From positions 1,248,001 through 1,312,000 of the forward strand of contig OZ219926.1 of assembly GCA_964291405.2 (NCBI GenBank): a stretch of 64,000 nt of DNA, given 5' to 3'. Positions within the stretch are counted from its first letter, which is position 1. The number at the start of each line of letters is the position of its first letter. Made by a program: the position numbers and the translations under genes. This stretch comes from Thermodesulfobacteriota bacterium. Its GTDB lineage: Bacteria > Desulfobacterota > Binatia > Bin18. Below the pieces are notes generated by a model. It saw only the letters and a list, made by a program, of their open reading frames with translations, had not been told where the DNA came from and did not search any database. Below, piece by piece: positions 20,107-30,065 of the stretch.

Positions 20107-21210
20107 ATGGACACGCAGAATGGAAAATTTGTCGATTGCTCGGGCGCGTCAGCACCAAAGCTGAACCTCTGGCCGTCCGTCCTCATTTCCAAGGAAGACA
20201 TTGAGGCCGAAGTCGCCCGCCTCGCAGATGGCTCCACTCCGGCGAATGGCCGGCGTGCCTCCCTGATCGTCCATCCAAACGCTCGTGAACCAGGTCTCGG
20301 GCTTGCGCCTGGCATCCGCGTGACGCTGAACGTACTGCGGCCCGGCGAGCAGACCCAGCCGATTCGCCATAACTCCACCCAGGTGGATTTTTGCATCCGT
20401 GGTGCGGGCTCCGTTATGGTGCACGGCAGGCGTATCGACTTCGGGCAGTATGATGTGTGGAATACTCCATCAATGGCCCCATATTGGTACATGAATGACG
20501 GTGATGAGCTGCAAGTGCGACTCACGTATAGTAACGCCGCTCTGCTCGAAAAGATGAACGTGCATATTGTGGATGACGACCCACCGCTGACAGAAGGGCC
20601 TGAGGAAGCGCCGGAAGCAGAGGCAAGCGCGCAGGGTGAAGGCGAAAGTCCCTTTGGCACCTTCCAATTAAACGAGGACGGCGCGTTCTTAATGCCCTAT
20701 GAGCGCCTTATTAATCCGACAGCAGTCGCGTCCGCCCCGCTGCACTGGCCCTGGCAGCGAGTCAAGGCGGAACTCGATAAATTAGCCGCGCTGGGCAAGG
20801 ACTACGTCGGACGACGGTTGTATCTGCTGTACAATCCAGCCACCGGCAGAACAAACGGCACCACCCAGAATTTCTTTGCGACCATGACGGTACGGCCGCC
20901 TCGAATAGTTGACCGTCCACACCGCCATACGTCGGCGGCAATCAATTATTATTTTGCCGGTAGTGGGCGCAGCACGGTCGAGGGGAAAATCCACGAGTGG
21001 AAGGCGGGCGACCTGATGCTGTCAGCACCGGGTTGGGGCGTTCACAACCATGCATCGTATGATGAGCCGGTGTACGAACTGACGATTCAAGACCAGCCCC
21101 TCAATATCGCCATGGAGTCGCTGTTGTGGCAGGAGAGTTTACAGCAATCCATGAAAGTACTTGGTGCGCAAGCCGGGTTCGCCACCAACCGGAAGGTTGG
21201 GAGGAATTAA
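20107..21210 (+). CDS. bicupin protein, gentisate 1,2-dioxygenase-like
   Basis: Two cupin repeats; C-terminal HRHTSAAINY...WKAGD...HNH...IQDQP; AAGGGG RBS. Confidence 0.75.
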   Translation: MDTQNGKFVDCSGASAPKLNLWPSVLISKEDIEAEVARLADGSTPANGRRASLIVHPNAREPGLGLAPGIRVTLNVLRPGEQTQPIRHNSTQVDFCIRGAGSVMVHGRRIDFGQYDVWNTPSMAPYWYMNDGDELQVRLTYSNAALLEKMNVHIVDDDPPLTEGPEEAPEAEASAQGEGESPFGTFQLNEDGAFLMPYERLINPTAVASAPLHWPWQRVKAELDKLAALGKDYVGRRLYLLYNPATGRTNGTTQNFFATMTVRPPRIVDRPHRHTSAAINYYFAGSGRSTVEGKIHEWKAGDLMLSAPGWGVHNHASYDEPVYELTIQDQPLNIAMESLLWQESLQQSMKVLGAQAGFATNRKVGRN

Positions 21211-21328
21211 GGGGTCCTCAGCGGTCTAAAATCCGGCACGGCCTGTTGCTATATAACGACTTCATCTCAACCGAACCTCGCAAATTTGGTTACTGACGGA
21301 GTTTTACGGTCCAATAAAGGAGATCACG

Positions 21329-22309
21329 ATGAAAATCGGATTCAACATGCCACAGCTCACGACGTTCGCCAGCCGGCGGGCCGTCCATGAATTTGCAGTC
21401 CGTGCCGACCAGTTGGGCTATGACTCACTGTGGGTCCAGGATCACTTGCTGTATCCAGAACGCCCTGCCCAGAGTCATCCCATACACCAAGCTGTCCTTG
21501 GGCCGGACAAACTCGTGCAATGGCCCGAGGCGTACGAAAACTTACTCGCGCCTTTGGAATCACTCGCCTATGTCGCTGGGATAACCCAGCATATCCGCGT
21601 CGGGACTTCCGTTCTGGTCTTTGGCTATCATCGGCCCGTGGCGCTCGCCAAACAAATCGCAACTATTGACCTGCTCTCGGGCGGACGGTTCGATCTTGGT
21701 ATTGGCCTAGGCTGGTCACGCGAAGAATACGCACAGATGGAGACGCCATTTGAGAAACTGGGCGCTCGTTGTAGCGACTTTATTCGCGCCTTACGCGCGG
21801 CGTGGAAGACGAATCCAACCCAGCATGACGGTCCATTTTACACTATTCCACGGGGATCAACCTCACCCAAACCGACGCAACGTGACGCCCACGGTAACCC
21901 AGCCGTACCGATTCTTGGTGGCTTTCTGAGCGACGCAGGCTTGTCACGGGTAGCTGAGTTGTGTGATGCCTGGCATCCGGCTGGTCATACCGTCGAGCTT
22001 GCGATCACGCGCATGCAACATATTAACCGGATGGCAAAAGAGGAGTTTGGCCGCGGTCCGCTTCAACTCGTCCATCGTGTGTTTGCCGCCCCTGCCTTAC
22101 CCAGTATTGAGAAAATCGGTGACCAACTCATGCAGCCAAACTGGATCGGCACGCCTGACGAGATGCTGCCACAGCTCAAAGAATGTAAGGAGGCCGGCAT
22201 CGATGAAGTCGTTATTGACACGAGCTTCTTCCAAGAAATGACAAGTGAAGACGACTGGATCGCCCAACCCGACTTTTTTAAGCCGTTGTTGGACGAAGCG
22301 CATCGGTAA
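21329..22309 (+). CDS. LLM-class oxidoreductase, probably F420-dependent (TIGR03619-like)
   Basis: GYDSLWVQDH, VGTSVLV, LAKQIATIDLLSGGRFDLGIGLGW..EE. Confidence 0.88.
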   Translation: MKIGFNMPQLTTFASRRAVHEFAVRADQLGYDSLWVQDHLLYPERPAQSHPIHQAVLGPDKLVQWPEAYENLLAPLESLAYVAGITQHIRVGTSVLVFGYHRPVALAKQIATIDLLSGGRFDLGIGLGWSREEYAQMETPFEKLGARCSDFIRALRAAWKTNPTQHDGPFYTIPRGSTSPKPTQRDAHGNPAVPILGGFLSDAGLSRVAELCDAWHPAGHTVELAITRMQHINRMAKEEFGRGPLQLVHRVFAAPALPSIEKIGDQLMQPNWIGTPDEMLPQLKECKEAGIDEVVIDTSFFQEMTSEDDWIAQPDFFKPLLDEAHR

Positions 22310-22330
22310 TTGCACAAGAGGAGGACACCC

Positions 22331-23461
22331 ATGCCAGCCCGTCTGACCGACGGCTATGTCTCAGCTGACGGCCATGTCGTTGAGCCGGCCGATTTATGGA
22401 CGACACGCATGGACCGGCGCTTCCGAGACCGGGCGCCCCACATCGAGACCCGCAAGTCGGTCGATTTCTATGTGATCGACGGGCTCGACCCGGTGGCGGT
22501 CGGTCTTGATGGCGCGGCCCTGGAAAGCAAGATTGCCGGCAAGGTCGAGTCGCCGGTGGCCCGTCACGCGGATACCCGTCCGGGAGCCTGGGACCCGCAG
22601 GAACGGCTCAAAGACCAGACGCTCGACAACCTACGGGCCGAGGTGATCTACCCTGGTCAGTGGAGTCTCATGTTCTACCGTATTGCGGATGCCGAGTATC
22701 AACGCGCGGCCGTCCGGGTGTATAACGACTGGCTGAGCGAGTTCTGCGCCTATGCGCCGAGTCGTTTGCTTGGTGCGGCCATCCTACCCATGCAGGGACC
22801 GCTCGAATGGGCTGCCGAGGAAGCCGAACGCGCCGCCAAGATAGGCCTCAAGGCGGTCATGATCCCGGCAGCCGTCCCGGCCCGACCGTATATTCATCCC
22901 GACTATGAACCGTTGTGGACGCGTTTGGAAGAGATCGGGCTGCCAGCGGTCTCCCACTCGGGGACCGCCGCCGATATTGGGGCCTCAACCCACGAGAAAG
23001 CCCGTCGGGTCGGGCCGGGTATGGCGTTTATGGATGAAAAGGCATTCCAACCTATGAACGCCATGACCGAGTTGATCTGGAGCGGCGCGCCCCAGCGGTA
23101 TCCCAAGCTGAAGTTTATCATCTCCGAGGGCGGGATCGGCTGGATTGCCTGTCTGCTGCGCCTGATGGATCACTGGTGGGAAGATCATCGCCACTGGATG
23201 CAACCGCAGCTCAATGAGCCGCCCAGCACGTATTTCAAGCGCCAGTTCTGGGCTACGTTTGAAGACGACCGGGCCGGGATTCTGACCCGCGAACTCATTG
23301 GCGTGGAGCGCCTCATGTGGGGGGCCGACTATCCCCACACCGAGGGCACCTTTCCCAAGTCCCAACAGCAAATTGCCAAGGATTTTGTCGGCGTCCCGGA
23401 CGACGAAGTGTATCAAATGGTGGTCGGTAACGCAGCGCAGCTCTTCGGGATACCGCTCTGA
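22331..23461 (+). CDS. amidohydrolase_2 family protein
   Basis: SADGHVVEP, YNDWLSEFC, EGGIGW, WGADYPHTEG; GAGGA RBS. Confidence 0.9.
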   Translation: MPARLTDGYVSADGHVVEPADLWTTRMDRRFRDRAPHIETRKSVDFYVIDGLDPVAVGLDGAALESKIAGKVESPVARHADTRPGAWDPQERLKDQTLDNLRAEVIYPGQWSLMFYRIADAEYQRAAVRVYNDWLSEFCAYAPSRLLGAAILPMQGPLEWAAEEAERAAKIGLKAVMIPAAVPARPYIHPDYEPLWTRLEEIGLPAVSHSGTAADIGASTHEKARRVGPGMAFMDEKAFQPMNAMTELIWSGAPQRYPKLKFIISEGGIGWIACLLRLMDHWWEDHRHWMQPQLNEPPSTYFKRQFWATFEDDRAGILTRELIGVERLMWGADYPHTEGTFPKSQQQIAKDFVGVPDDEVYQMVVGNAAQLFGIPL

Positions 23462-23478
23462 ACAGAAGGAGAACACGC

Positions 23479-24546
23479 ATGATCGAACCGTATAATGCCG
23501 TTGGTTTAGTTCCGACGTTTTGGGGTATCCGCACGCGGGCGGATATGCAGAAAAATATCGAGCATATCCGCAGTTTGACCAAAGCTGCTTTCTGGCTCTC
23601 CAATCTTGATATTCCGGTCCGTCTGCTCGCCATCCCGGAGGGCGCTCTGCAAGGTTTTAATGACGAAGTCCTGGACGTCGATCACACCGAGTTTGCACAG
23701 ACGTGTGCGATTGACATCCCGGGCCCGGAGACCGACCAGCTCGGCGAACTCGCGCGTGAGTACGGAGTTTTCATCATGGCCCAGGCCAAGGCGCGGCATG
23801 AAGACTGGCCAAACCTGTTCTTCAATGTTGGCTTTATTCTCGATCCGGACGGTCAGCTCATTCTCAAACACTATAAGATCTCCGCCTTGTTGCCGTGCGA
23901 GCGTTCGGTGTCGCCCCACGATCTTTTTGACTGGTGGATTGAAAAATACGGACGCAGCCTGGAGGCCTTTTGGCCCGTGGCCGACACCGAGATTGGCCGT
24001 CTCGGCATTATGATGGCCATGGAGGGTAACTACCCGGAGAATGGCCGGGGGCTGGCGATGAACGGCGCGGAAGTCGTCTACCGCGCCTCCCTGCCCGGCC
24101 CGTTCACCCAGAACGATATGTTTGAGATCTCCAATCGGGCCCGGGCGCTGGAAAATAACATGTATATTGTTGCCCCCAATATCGGCGGCTACCACCTCTA
24201 CCCGGACAGCGAGACGCCGATTGACGCCGGCAGCGGCCAGTCCATGGTCGTGGATTACAAGGGAACGATAGTCGGCAAGCAGCGCGACACCAACGGGTCG
24301 ACCTACGTCAGGGGCGTGATCGACATCGAAGCCTTACGCCACCACCGGTCCAACGCCCAGGTCACGAACTGGATGAAGGACGTGCGTGCAGAAATGGCGC
24401 AGCTCATCTATGAAAAACCGATCTATCCCAAGAATCGCTATATCGACAACATCCCCGGCAACCACGCGCAGTACAAAGAAGAAGTCATCGACCAACAGAT
24501 TGCCCTGATGCAGGCCCGCGATATCTGGAAGAAGCCGGCGAAGTGA
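23479..24546 (+). CDS. nitrilase/C-N hydrolase superfamily protein lacking the canonical Cys nucleophile
   Basis: PEG (Glu), FNVGF, HYK (Lys), DTEIGRLG-IMMAMEG, GAEVVY, RARALEN. Confidence 0.85.
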   Translation: MIEPYNAVGLVPTFWGIRTRADMQKNIEHIRSLTKAAFWLSNLDIPVRLLAIPEGALQGFNDEVLDVDHTEFAQTCAIDIPGPETDQLGELAREYGVFIMAQAKARHEDWPNLFFNVGFILDPDGQLILKHYKISALLPCERSVSPHDLFDWWIEKYGRSLEAFWPVADTEIGRLGIMMAMEGNYPENGRGLAMNGAEVVYRASLPGPFTQNDMFEISNRARALENNMYIVAPNIGGYHLYPDSETPIDAGSGQSMVVDYKGTIVGKQRDTNGSTYVRGVIDIEALRHHRSNAQVTNWMKDVRAEMAQLIYEKPIYPKNRYIDNIPGNHAQYKEEVIDQQIALMQARDIWKKPAK

Positions 24547-24577
24547 GGAGATAGGGAATAGGCACGGGAGAGAGAAT

Positions 24578-25441
24578 ATGTCACGGGAACAGGACAATTT
24601 ACTGCCCTTAGTGAGAAAGCTTCGCAGGCGGATTAAGATTCATCGTCCTGCACTTAGCCAGAGCGAGATGCAGACCCGCTACGCACTGATTGATCCTCTG
24701 CTACGAGAGTTGGATTGGGACCCCGAAAACCCTGCCTTTGTGAGACCCGAGTTCAGAGGGAAGGATGGTAGGCCAGATTATGCCCTACTCATTGACGGCA
24801 AACCTGTCGTGATAGGGGAGGCTAAGAGGCTGAAGGCGGAGAATCTGGAAGACGCCCGCAAGCAAGGATTTGGTTACTGCAAAAAAGAGGCGACTCGATA
24901 CCTCTTTGCTACTAATGGCAAGCAGTGGGAAATCTATGACACCTACAGAAATGTATCCACCCCAATAGTATGGTTCAACTTGGAGAAGCATACGGCTGCT
25001 GAAGTATGCAAGAAAGTGAAGGCGTTGCAGAGAAAGAACGTGCTGAGGAAGCATAGACAGCCCATATCCATATTGAGATGGAATCCACCACCAAAATCTC
25101 GTCCAATAAAAATTCAGTTCCCCGACAATTCGGATGTCTCAGTTAAGACGTGGAGATCACTCTTAGTCAAGGTCACACGTTGGCTCATAAATGGCAATCA
25201 CCTCAAAACAAGCCACTGTCCTATCCTGTGTAAGTTGAAAGGAAGAACACACTACGCGGTATCTACCGAACCTTTTCATTTGGGTGGGAAGCCATTTGGA
25301 TCTTCCGTCAAAATAAGATCATTCTATGTTGAGGCGGGCGGTGGCAGCGAATATGTCTCTATCGCCTGTCGAACCATCATTGAACACGTAGGCCAAAACC
25401 CGGCGAAATTCAAAGTCTGGTTTTCTTCACCAAGGACTTAA
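24578..25441 (+). CDS. solitary HsdR-N-terminal-like PD-(D/E)XK nuclease domain protein
   Basis: EMQTRYALIDPLLRELDWD, VRPEF, RPDYAL, EAKR, ATNG..W.IYD; visibly more AT-rich than neighbours. Confidence 0.8.
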   Translation: MSREQDNLLPLVRKLRRRIKIHRPALSQSEMQTRYALIDPLLRELDWDPENPAFVRPEFRGKDGRPDYALLIDGKPVVIGEAKRLKAENLEDARKQGFGYCKKEATRYLFATNGKQWEIYDTYRNVSTPIVWFNLEKHTAAEVCKKVKALQRKNVLRKHRQPISILRWNPPPKSRPIKIQFPDNSDVSVKTWRSLLVKVTRWLINGNHLKTSHCPILCKLKGRTHYAVSTEPFHLGGKPFGSSVKIRSFYVEAGGGSEYVSIACRTIIEHVGQNPAKFKVWFSSPRT

Positions 25442-25550
25442 TCTGCTCCTTCATAAGGAAACCACATTCTCTCACGGTCTCAAGAAAAGGGCTGCAGCGA
25501 GCTTCAAACCCTTTGAACGAAATCGGGTATAGGGAAACCTGACGCTTTGT

Positions 25551-26604
25551 CTAATAATGCGCAATAATTTCCCGCGCAAACTCAACAATGCTCTCCTCAA
25601 CATAGCCCCATGGCGGAGAGATCACCATTTGGGTCAGACCGGCGGCTTCTAATTCTTTGAGGCGCGTGATCACTTCCTCTCGGGTTCCGGTCACGCTCAT
25701 GGCTCGAATCACCTCCGGGGTAATGAACTCCTCTTCGCCTGGCTGTAGAAACCGTGAGTGGGTCACATGAATGTCATCCCAGCGTTCGTCCAGATACGCT
25801 CGGTATCGTGGCGTGAGAAACGGTTCAAAATAGGCGGGCGCTTTCCTGCCCTGTCGAACGACCTCATACGCATAGTGCAGCCCAACGGCAATGCGTGGCC
25901 CTACTCGGGTGAGGACCCGAGGGCTATCGAGCGTTTCGCCCGGACGCAGTACGCACGCGACACCGACAGTGACGACCGGATACTCCTTGTGGTCGCCCCG
26001 ATGATTGCTGCCTGCCCCTGGCCGCTTTCTCCAATGTCGCCGTCAGTGCGTCGGGGGTAATGGTACTCACGGTAATCAATCCATCACCGAGTTCTCCGGC
26101 TAGGGCCAGCGCCTTGGGATATGAAGCAGCAAGATAAATCGGGACGGGATCGTTGACGTTGATATATCCGCGCTCGCGGTCGAGGAAACGGATCCGACTG
26201 TGACGCCCGCGTTCATGGTATTCAACGGCTTCTCCGCGCAGCAGTTTTCGACACACGTCGATAGTATGCCGGAACGTATCCAGGCGGACGGGCGGCATGC
26301 CCATGGTGCGCCAGGCAGTGTGGCCAGTCCCGAGGCCCAGAATGGTCCGGCCTGGTGCGAGTTGGTTCACCGTGGCGATCGAGTGGGCAGTGACCGGGGC
26401 AATACGGGTGCCGGCGATGGCCACGGCTGTCCCAAGCTGGATGGTGCTCGTATGCTCAGCCGCCAGGGTCATACACGCATACACGTCTGAGGCCAGCATC
26501 TGGGTATCGACAAACCACGCGTTGCTGAAGCCCATCTGTTCGGCCAGCACGGCATGCTTCCAACTATTTTGAATATGCGACTGAAAACTCACACCAAAGT
26601 TCAT
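25551..26604 (-). pseudogene. LLM-class flavin/F420-dependent oxidoreductase with one frameshift near 26010 (real or sequencing error)
   Basis: N-half AEQMGFSNAWFVD..LGTAV..LAPGR..LGLGTG; C-half GDHKEYPVV..LRPGETLDSPR..VTGTREEV..LEAAG continues in another frame to the stop at 25551. Confidence 0.8.
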
Positions 26605-26613
26605 GGCATGCCC

Positions 26614-26964
26614 CTACCCGATCTCAACGTCTTCGACAATAAACATGCGGGAGTTGGCGAAGTCCACAAACCTTGCCTCATCCGGGCGGATAATTTCGAG
26701 ATAGCGGGGATGGGTAAACGCCTTGCCAATATCCTCCACACTGTCAAACCACAGCTCGGCGATGCCATCGAATGGCTCATAATCTGACGGCGGGAACCCC
26801 GGCACGGAAGCGCTGAGCGTATGACCCTGGACATATTTGCGGACGTACTGCCAGAACTCGGGCACACTTTTGACCAGTGGGCCGTGGTTGTTCTTCCAGT
26901 AGTCCTGAAACTCGGCCACACTCATCCCGGCCTTGCGGCGCGCGCACCCAATGAATTTCACCAT
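26614..26964 (-). CDS. EthD domain-containing protein
   Basis: RKAGMS..EFQDYW..HGPL, FDGIAELWFDS, PDEARFVD. Confidence 0.9.
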   Translation of the reverse strand: MVKFIGCARRKAGMSVAEFQDYWKNNHGPLVKSVPEFWQYVRKYVQGHTLSASVPGFPPSDYEPFDGIAELWFDSVEDIGKAFTHPRYLEIIRPDEARFVDFANSRMFIVEDVEIG

Positions 26965-27060
26965 ACGTTACCCCCTCCATCGAAAGTCGGACAAAAATAA
27001 TCGTTGGCATGGTCGGGTAAATCCGTGTACGAGTCAAGTTGTGATCCCGAAGGAGGACGT

Positions 27061-27882
27061 ATGCCCTACGCGAACGATAACGGAGTCAAGTTATGGTACG
27101 ACGTGAATGGAACCGGCGAGCCGCTGGTTGTCAGCGGAGGATTCGGCCTTTTACACGACCAATTCGCGTATATCCGAGATCTGCTCACACCCCACCTCCA
27201 AGTGATCGATTGGCATTACCGGGGCGCCGGCTTGTCGGACCGCGCGTGGCCCGGCGGTTATCCTTTTGATCGCTGGGTCGATGACTTAGAGGTGATTCTG
27301 GATCAGGCGGGTCTCGATGCGGTCCATCTGTGGGGGACTTCGACCGGCGCACCGCTGAATGTCCGGTTTGCTGCCCGGCATCCCGAGCGTGTCAAAAGCC
27401 TTATCACCTATCCTGGGATTTCTTTTAGCCCCGAGAGCCGCCGCATGTTTCAGGTCTTTCAAGACGTGACCGAAGCGTTCGGATACGAGGCGTTAGGGCG
27501 CCTGACCCAATGGATAGGCAGCGCCGAGCACAACGTGTTCGGCGACAGGGCCAATGAGATCGCCCTTTTTGAAATCGAGTCTTTCAAGCGGAATTTTTCC
27601 ATCCCGTCTCTGGCAAAGACGCTGGAAACTTTTTCCCATTGTGACCTGTCTGCCGATGTCGCCAGGCTCACCATGCCGGTCCTGGTGTTCATGGGGAACT
27701 CCGGCCATCTGGGAGCGGCCACACCAGGACAAACCGCGGCAATCGAAGCTTTTACAGCCCTGTGCCCCCATGCCGAGGTGAGGCTCGTTGAGAACGGCGG
27801 CGGGACCTATCACATGATCGAGCAGCCCGAACCGACGGCTGCTATTGTCATTGATTTTGTGAACGCCCATGCCGGAGCCTGA
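27061..27882 (+). CDS. alpha/beta hydrolase
   Basis: RGAGLSD, WGTSTG elbow, ARHPERV, C-terminal His; AGGAGG RBS. Confidence 0.88.
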   Translation: MPYANDNGVKLWYDVNGTGEPLVVSGGFGLLHDQFAYIRDLLTPHLQVIDWHYRGAGLSDRAWPGGYPFDRWVDDLEVILDQAGLDAVHLWGTSTGAPLNVRFAARHPERVKSLITYPGISFSPESRRMFQVFQDVTEAFGYEALGRLTQWIGSAEHNVFGDRANEIALFEIESFKRNFSIPSLAKTLETFSHCDLSADVARLTMPVLVFMGNSGHLGAATPGQTAAIEAFTALCPHAEVRLVENGGGTYHMIEQPEPTAAIVIDFVNAHAGA

Positions 27883-27942
27883 GCGAAGCCGGAAAGGAGG
27901 AAAGAGTTTGATTATGTGTTGCGTTTGTGTCACATTCTACGC

Positions 27943-28203
27943 ATGAATAAGTCAGCGGTCATACACGCGCGGATAGAGCCCCAAATAAAAAATCAAGCCG
28001 AGGGCGTTCTCCAGAAGCTTGGACTCAGTCCCACGGAAGCGATTCGGCTCTTCTACCGCCAGATTTGTCTACGCGGAGGTCTCCCGTTTCCAGTCCTTAT
28101 CCCTAACAAATTGACGGCCAAGACGCTGAAGAAAAGCCAGCGGGGGGAGGACGTCGACACATTCGACTCACTGGAGGATATGCTTGAGAGCTGGGAGAAA
28201 TGA
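27943..28203 (+). CDS. dinJ: RelB/DinJ family antitoxin
   Basis: ARIEPQIK..AE.VL..LGLSPTEAIRLFY.QI...GLPF; 4-bp overlap with the toxin gene. Confidence 0.9.
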   Translation: MNKSAVIHARIEPQIKNQAEGVLQKLGLSPTEAIRLFYRQICLRGGLPFPVLIPNKLTAKTLKKSQRGEDVDTFDSLEDMLESWEK

Positions 28204-28469
28204 AAAAGCTCTCCCAGACAAAGCAATTCGTGCGGGATGTCAGACGGATGCGCCGCCGCGGTAAAGATATTGGCAAGCTCAAGACCGTAGTGGGCCAGTT
28301 GGCACAGGGAAGGGCTCTTGATGCAAAACACCGCGATCATGCACTGACAGGGATGTGGAAGAATTACCGCGACTGCCATATCGAGCCGGATTGGGTCTTG
28401 ATCTATTCGATGGACAGGAACAATCTTCGACTTGAGCGTACAGGCTCACACAGCGACCTTTTCGAATAG
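28200..28469 (+). CDS. yafQ: YafQ family mRNA interferase toxin
   Basis: RDHALTG.W..YRDCHIEPDWVLIY, RTGSHSDLF. Confidence 0.93.
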   Translation: MKKLSQTKQFVRDVRRMRRRGKDIGKLKTVVGQLAQGRALDAKHRDHALTGMWKNYRDCHIEPDWVLIYSMDRNNLRLERTGSHSDLFE

Positions 28470-28601
28470 CCGTGTCTAAGCGAGATCGTGGGAATTCGTG
28501 TAGGAGTCAAAATGTAATTCCCGAAGGAGGACCCTGCCAAACCTTGACGGCAGGTCGAGCGCTTTGCGATAAGAAGGTATCCAGTCTAAAGGAGGGGTCC
28601 T

Positions 28602-30041
28602 ATGCTCGATTGCATTATCAAAGGTGGACAGGTCGTTACTCCCCAGGCAGTCGGGGAAATGGATGTCGGCATCCAGGGCGAAAAGATCGTCGCCGTAGGC
28701 TGGTCAGGCACGCTGTCTGAACAAGCCACCCAGGTGATTGACGCCAGCGGTAAAATTGTCATCCCGGGCGGTATCGAGCCGCACGCGCATATCGGTATTC
28801 CCGTGCCGAGTGAGTGGTCGGGTCAGCCGGATATCATGACCCAGCCACCCCAGGACGCCAGCCGGGCCGCGGCGTTCGGTGGTGTCACGACTATCGTCGA
28901 TTTCGCCGGGGATCTGAGTTTTGCAGAGGTCGAAGACGCAACACCCAAATCCATCATGAGTGTCGTGGAGGAACGCCGCAGTGTGTTTCGCACGCACTCC
29001 TATACTGACTATACGTTTCATTACATTCTGGCGGGCGAGGTCGCGCCGGAGACGATCGGCGAGATTGGCGAGGCCATACAGGAAGGGGTCGCCAGTTTCA
29101 AAATCTTTACCACCTTCCATCCCATCCGGGTCCCCTACGGACATCTGTGGACGATCTTTGCCGAGGTGGCCAAGCACGGCGGCATTATGGCGGTCCACGC
29201 CGAAGAAGACGAAGTCGTGCGCTATATGACCGAAAAGCTCAAGCGTGAGGGCCGCGACCAGGGGTATAACCTCCACCTCGTTCACAACAACATCTCTGAA
29301 GATTTGGCCTTCCGTCATATCATCCGTCTGGCCCAACATACTGAGGCGGGCATTTATTTTGTGCATACGACCGCCAAAGAAGGCGTGGCAGCAATCGCTG
29401 AGGCGCGCGCCGCGGGTCAGCCGGTGTATGGCGAGGCGCTCCACAACTATCTCCAGTTTACCTGCGATGATTACAAAAAACCCGGCGGAACCGCGATTCA
29501 TACCTATCCGGCCATTAAGTTCGCGGATGACCGAGACGCGCTGATCTCCGGCTTGATGGACGGTCGTCTGGCGACCACGGCCACAGATGAATACACGACC
29601 CATAAAGGCCCGAAGCTGTGGGGCGATACCATTGAGACCGTCTGTGGCGGGCATAACGGCATTGAGACCCGCATGCCGGTCGCCTTCACCAAGTTTGTGG
29701 CAGAGCGCAATGTGTCTCTGCAACGCTTTGTTGATATTACCTCAGCCAACGCCGCCAAACTCCTCGGGCTCTACCCCCAGAAGGGGGCGATTCAGCCGGG
29801 GAGCGATGCCGATATCGTCCTGATTGATCCCGACATGCAAAAAACCCTCACCATGGACGATCTGCATGCCGACTCTGACTACAGCATCTGGGAGGGCTTC
29901 ACCTGCCTGGGCTATCCGGTGTTGACCATGCTGCGCGGCAAGGTGATTGTTGAGCAGGGCAACCTGGTCGGGAGTTCGACTGACGGCCAATGGCTCAAAC
30001 GGCGGGTGTCGGGGGATATCATCTCCCGACCAGTGGTATAG
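28602..30041 (+). CDS. dihydropyrimidinase/hydantoinase-like cyclic amidohydrolase
   Basis: PGGIEPHAH, AAAFGGVTT, SFKIF (carbamylated Lys), VHAE, GLYPQKG.I.PGSDAD. Confidence 0.88.
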   Translation: MLDCIIKGGQVVTPQAVGEMDVGIQGEKIVAVGWSGTLSEQATQVIDASGKIVIPGGIEPHAHIGIPVPSEWSGQPDIMTQPPQDASRAAAFGGVTTIVDFAGDLSFAEVEDATPKSIMSVVEERRSVFRTHSYTDYTFHYILAGEVAPETIGEIGEAIQEGVASFKIFTTFHPIRVPYGHLWTIFAEVAKHGGIMAVHAEEDEVVRYMTEKLKREGRDQGYNLHLVHNNISEDLAFRHIIRLAQHTEAGIYFVHTTAKEGVAAIAEARAAGQPVYGEALHNYLQFTCDDYKKPGGTAIHTYPAIKFADDRDALISGLMDGRLATTATDEYTTHKGPKLWGDTIETVCGGHNGIETRMPVAFTKFVAERNVSLQRFVDITSANAAKLLGLYPQKGAIQPGSDADIVLIDPDMQKTLTMDDLHADSDYSIWEGFTCLGYPVLTMLRGKVIVEQGNLVGSSTDGQWLKRRVSGDIISRPVV

Positions 30042-30065
30042 AGCCCTGAGGACCGGGAGGGTTGC

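Noticed and set aside
21234-21250. Sigma-54-like promoter CGGCACGGCCTGTTGCT upstream of the LLM gene
   Set aside because: GG-to-GC spacing is 11 bp rather than the required 10
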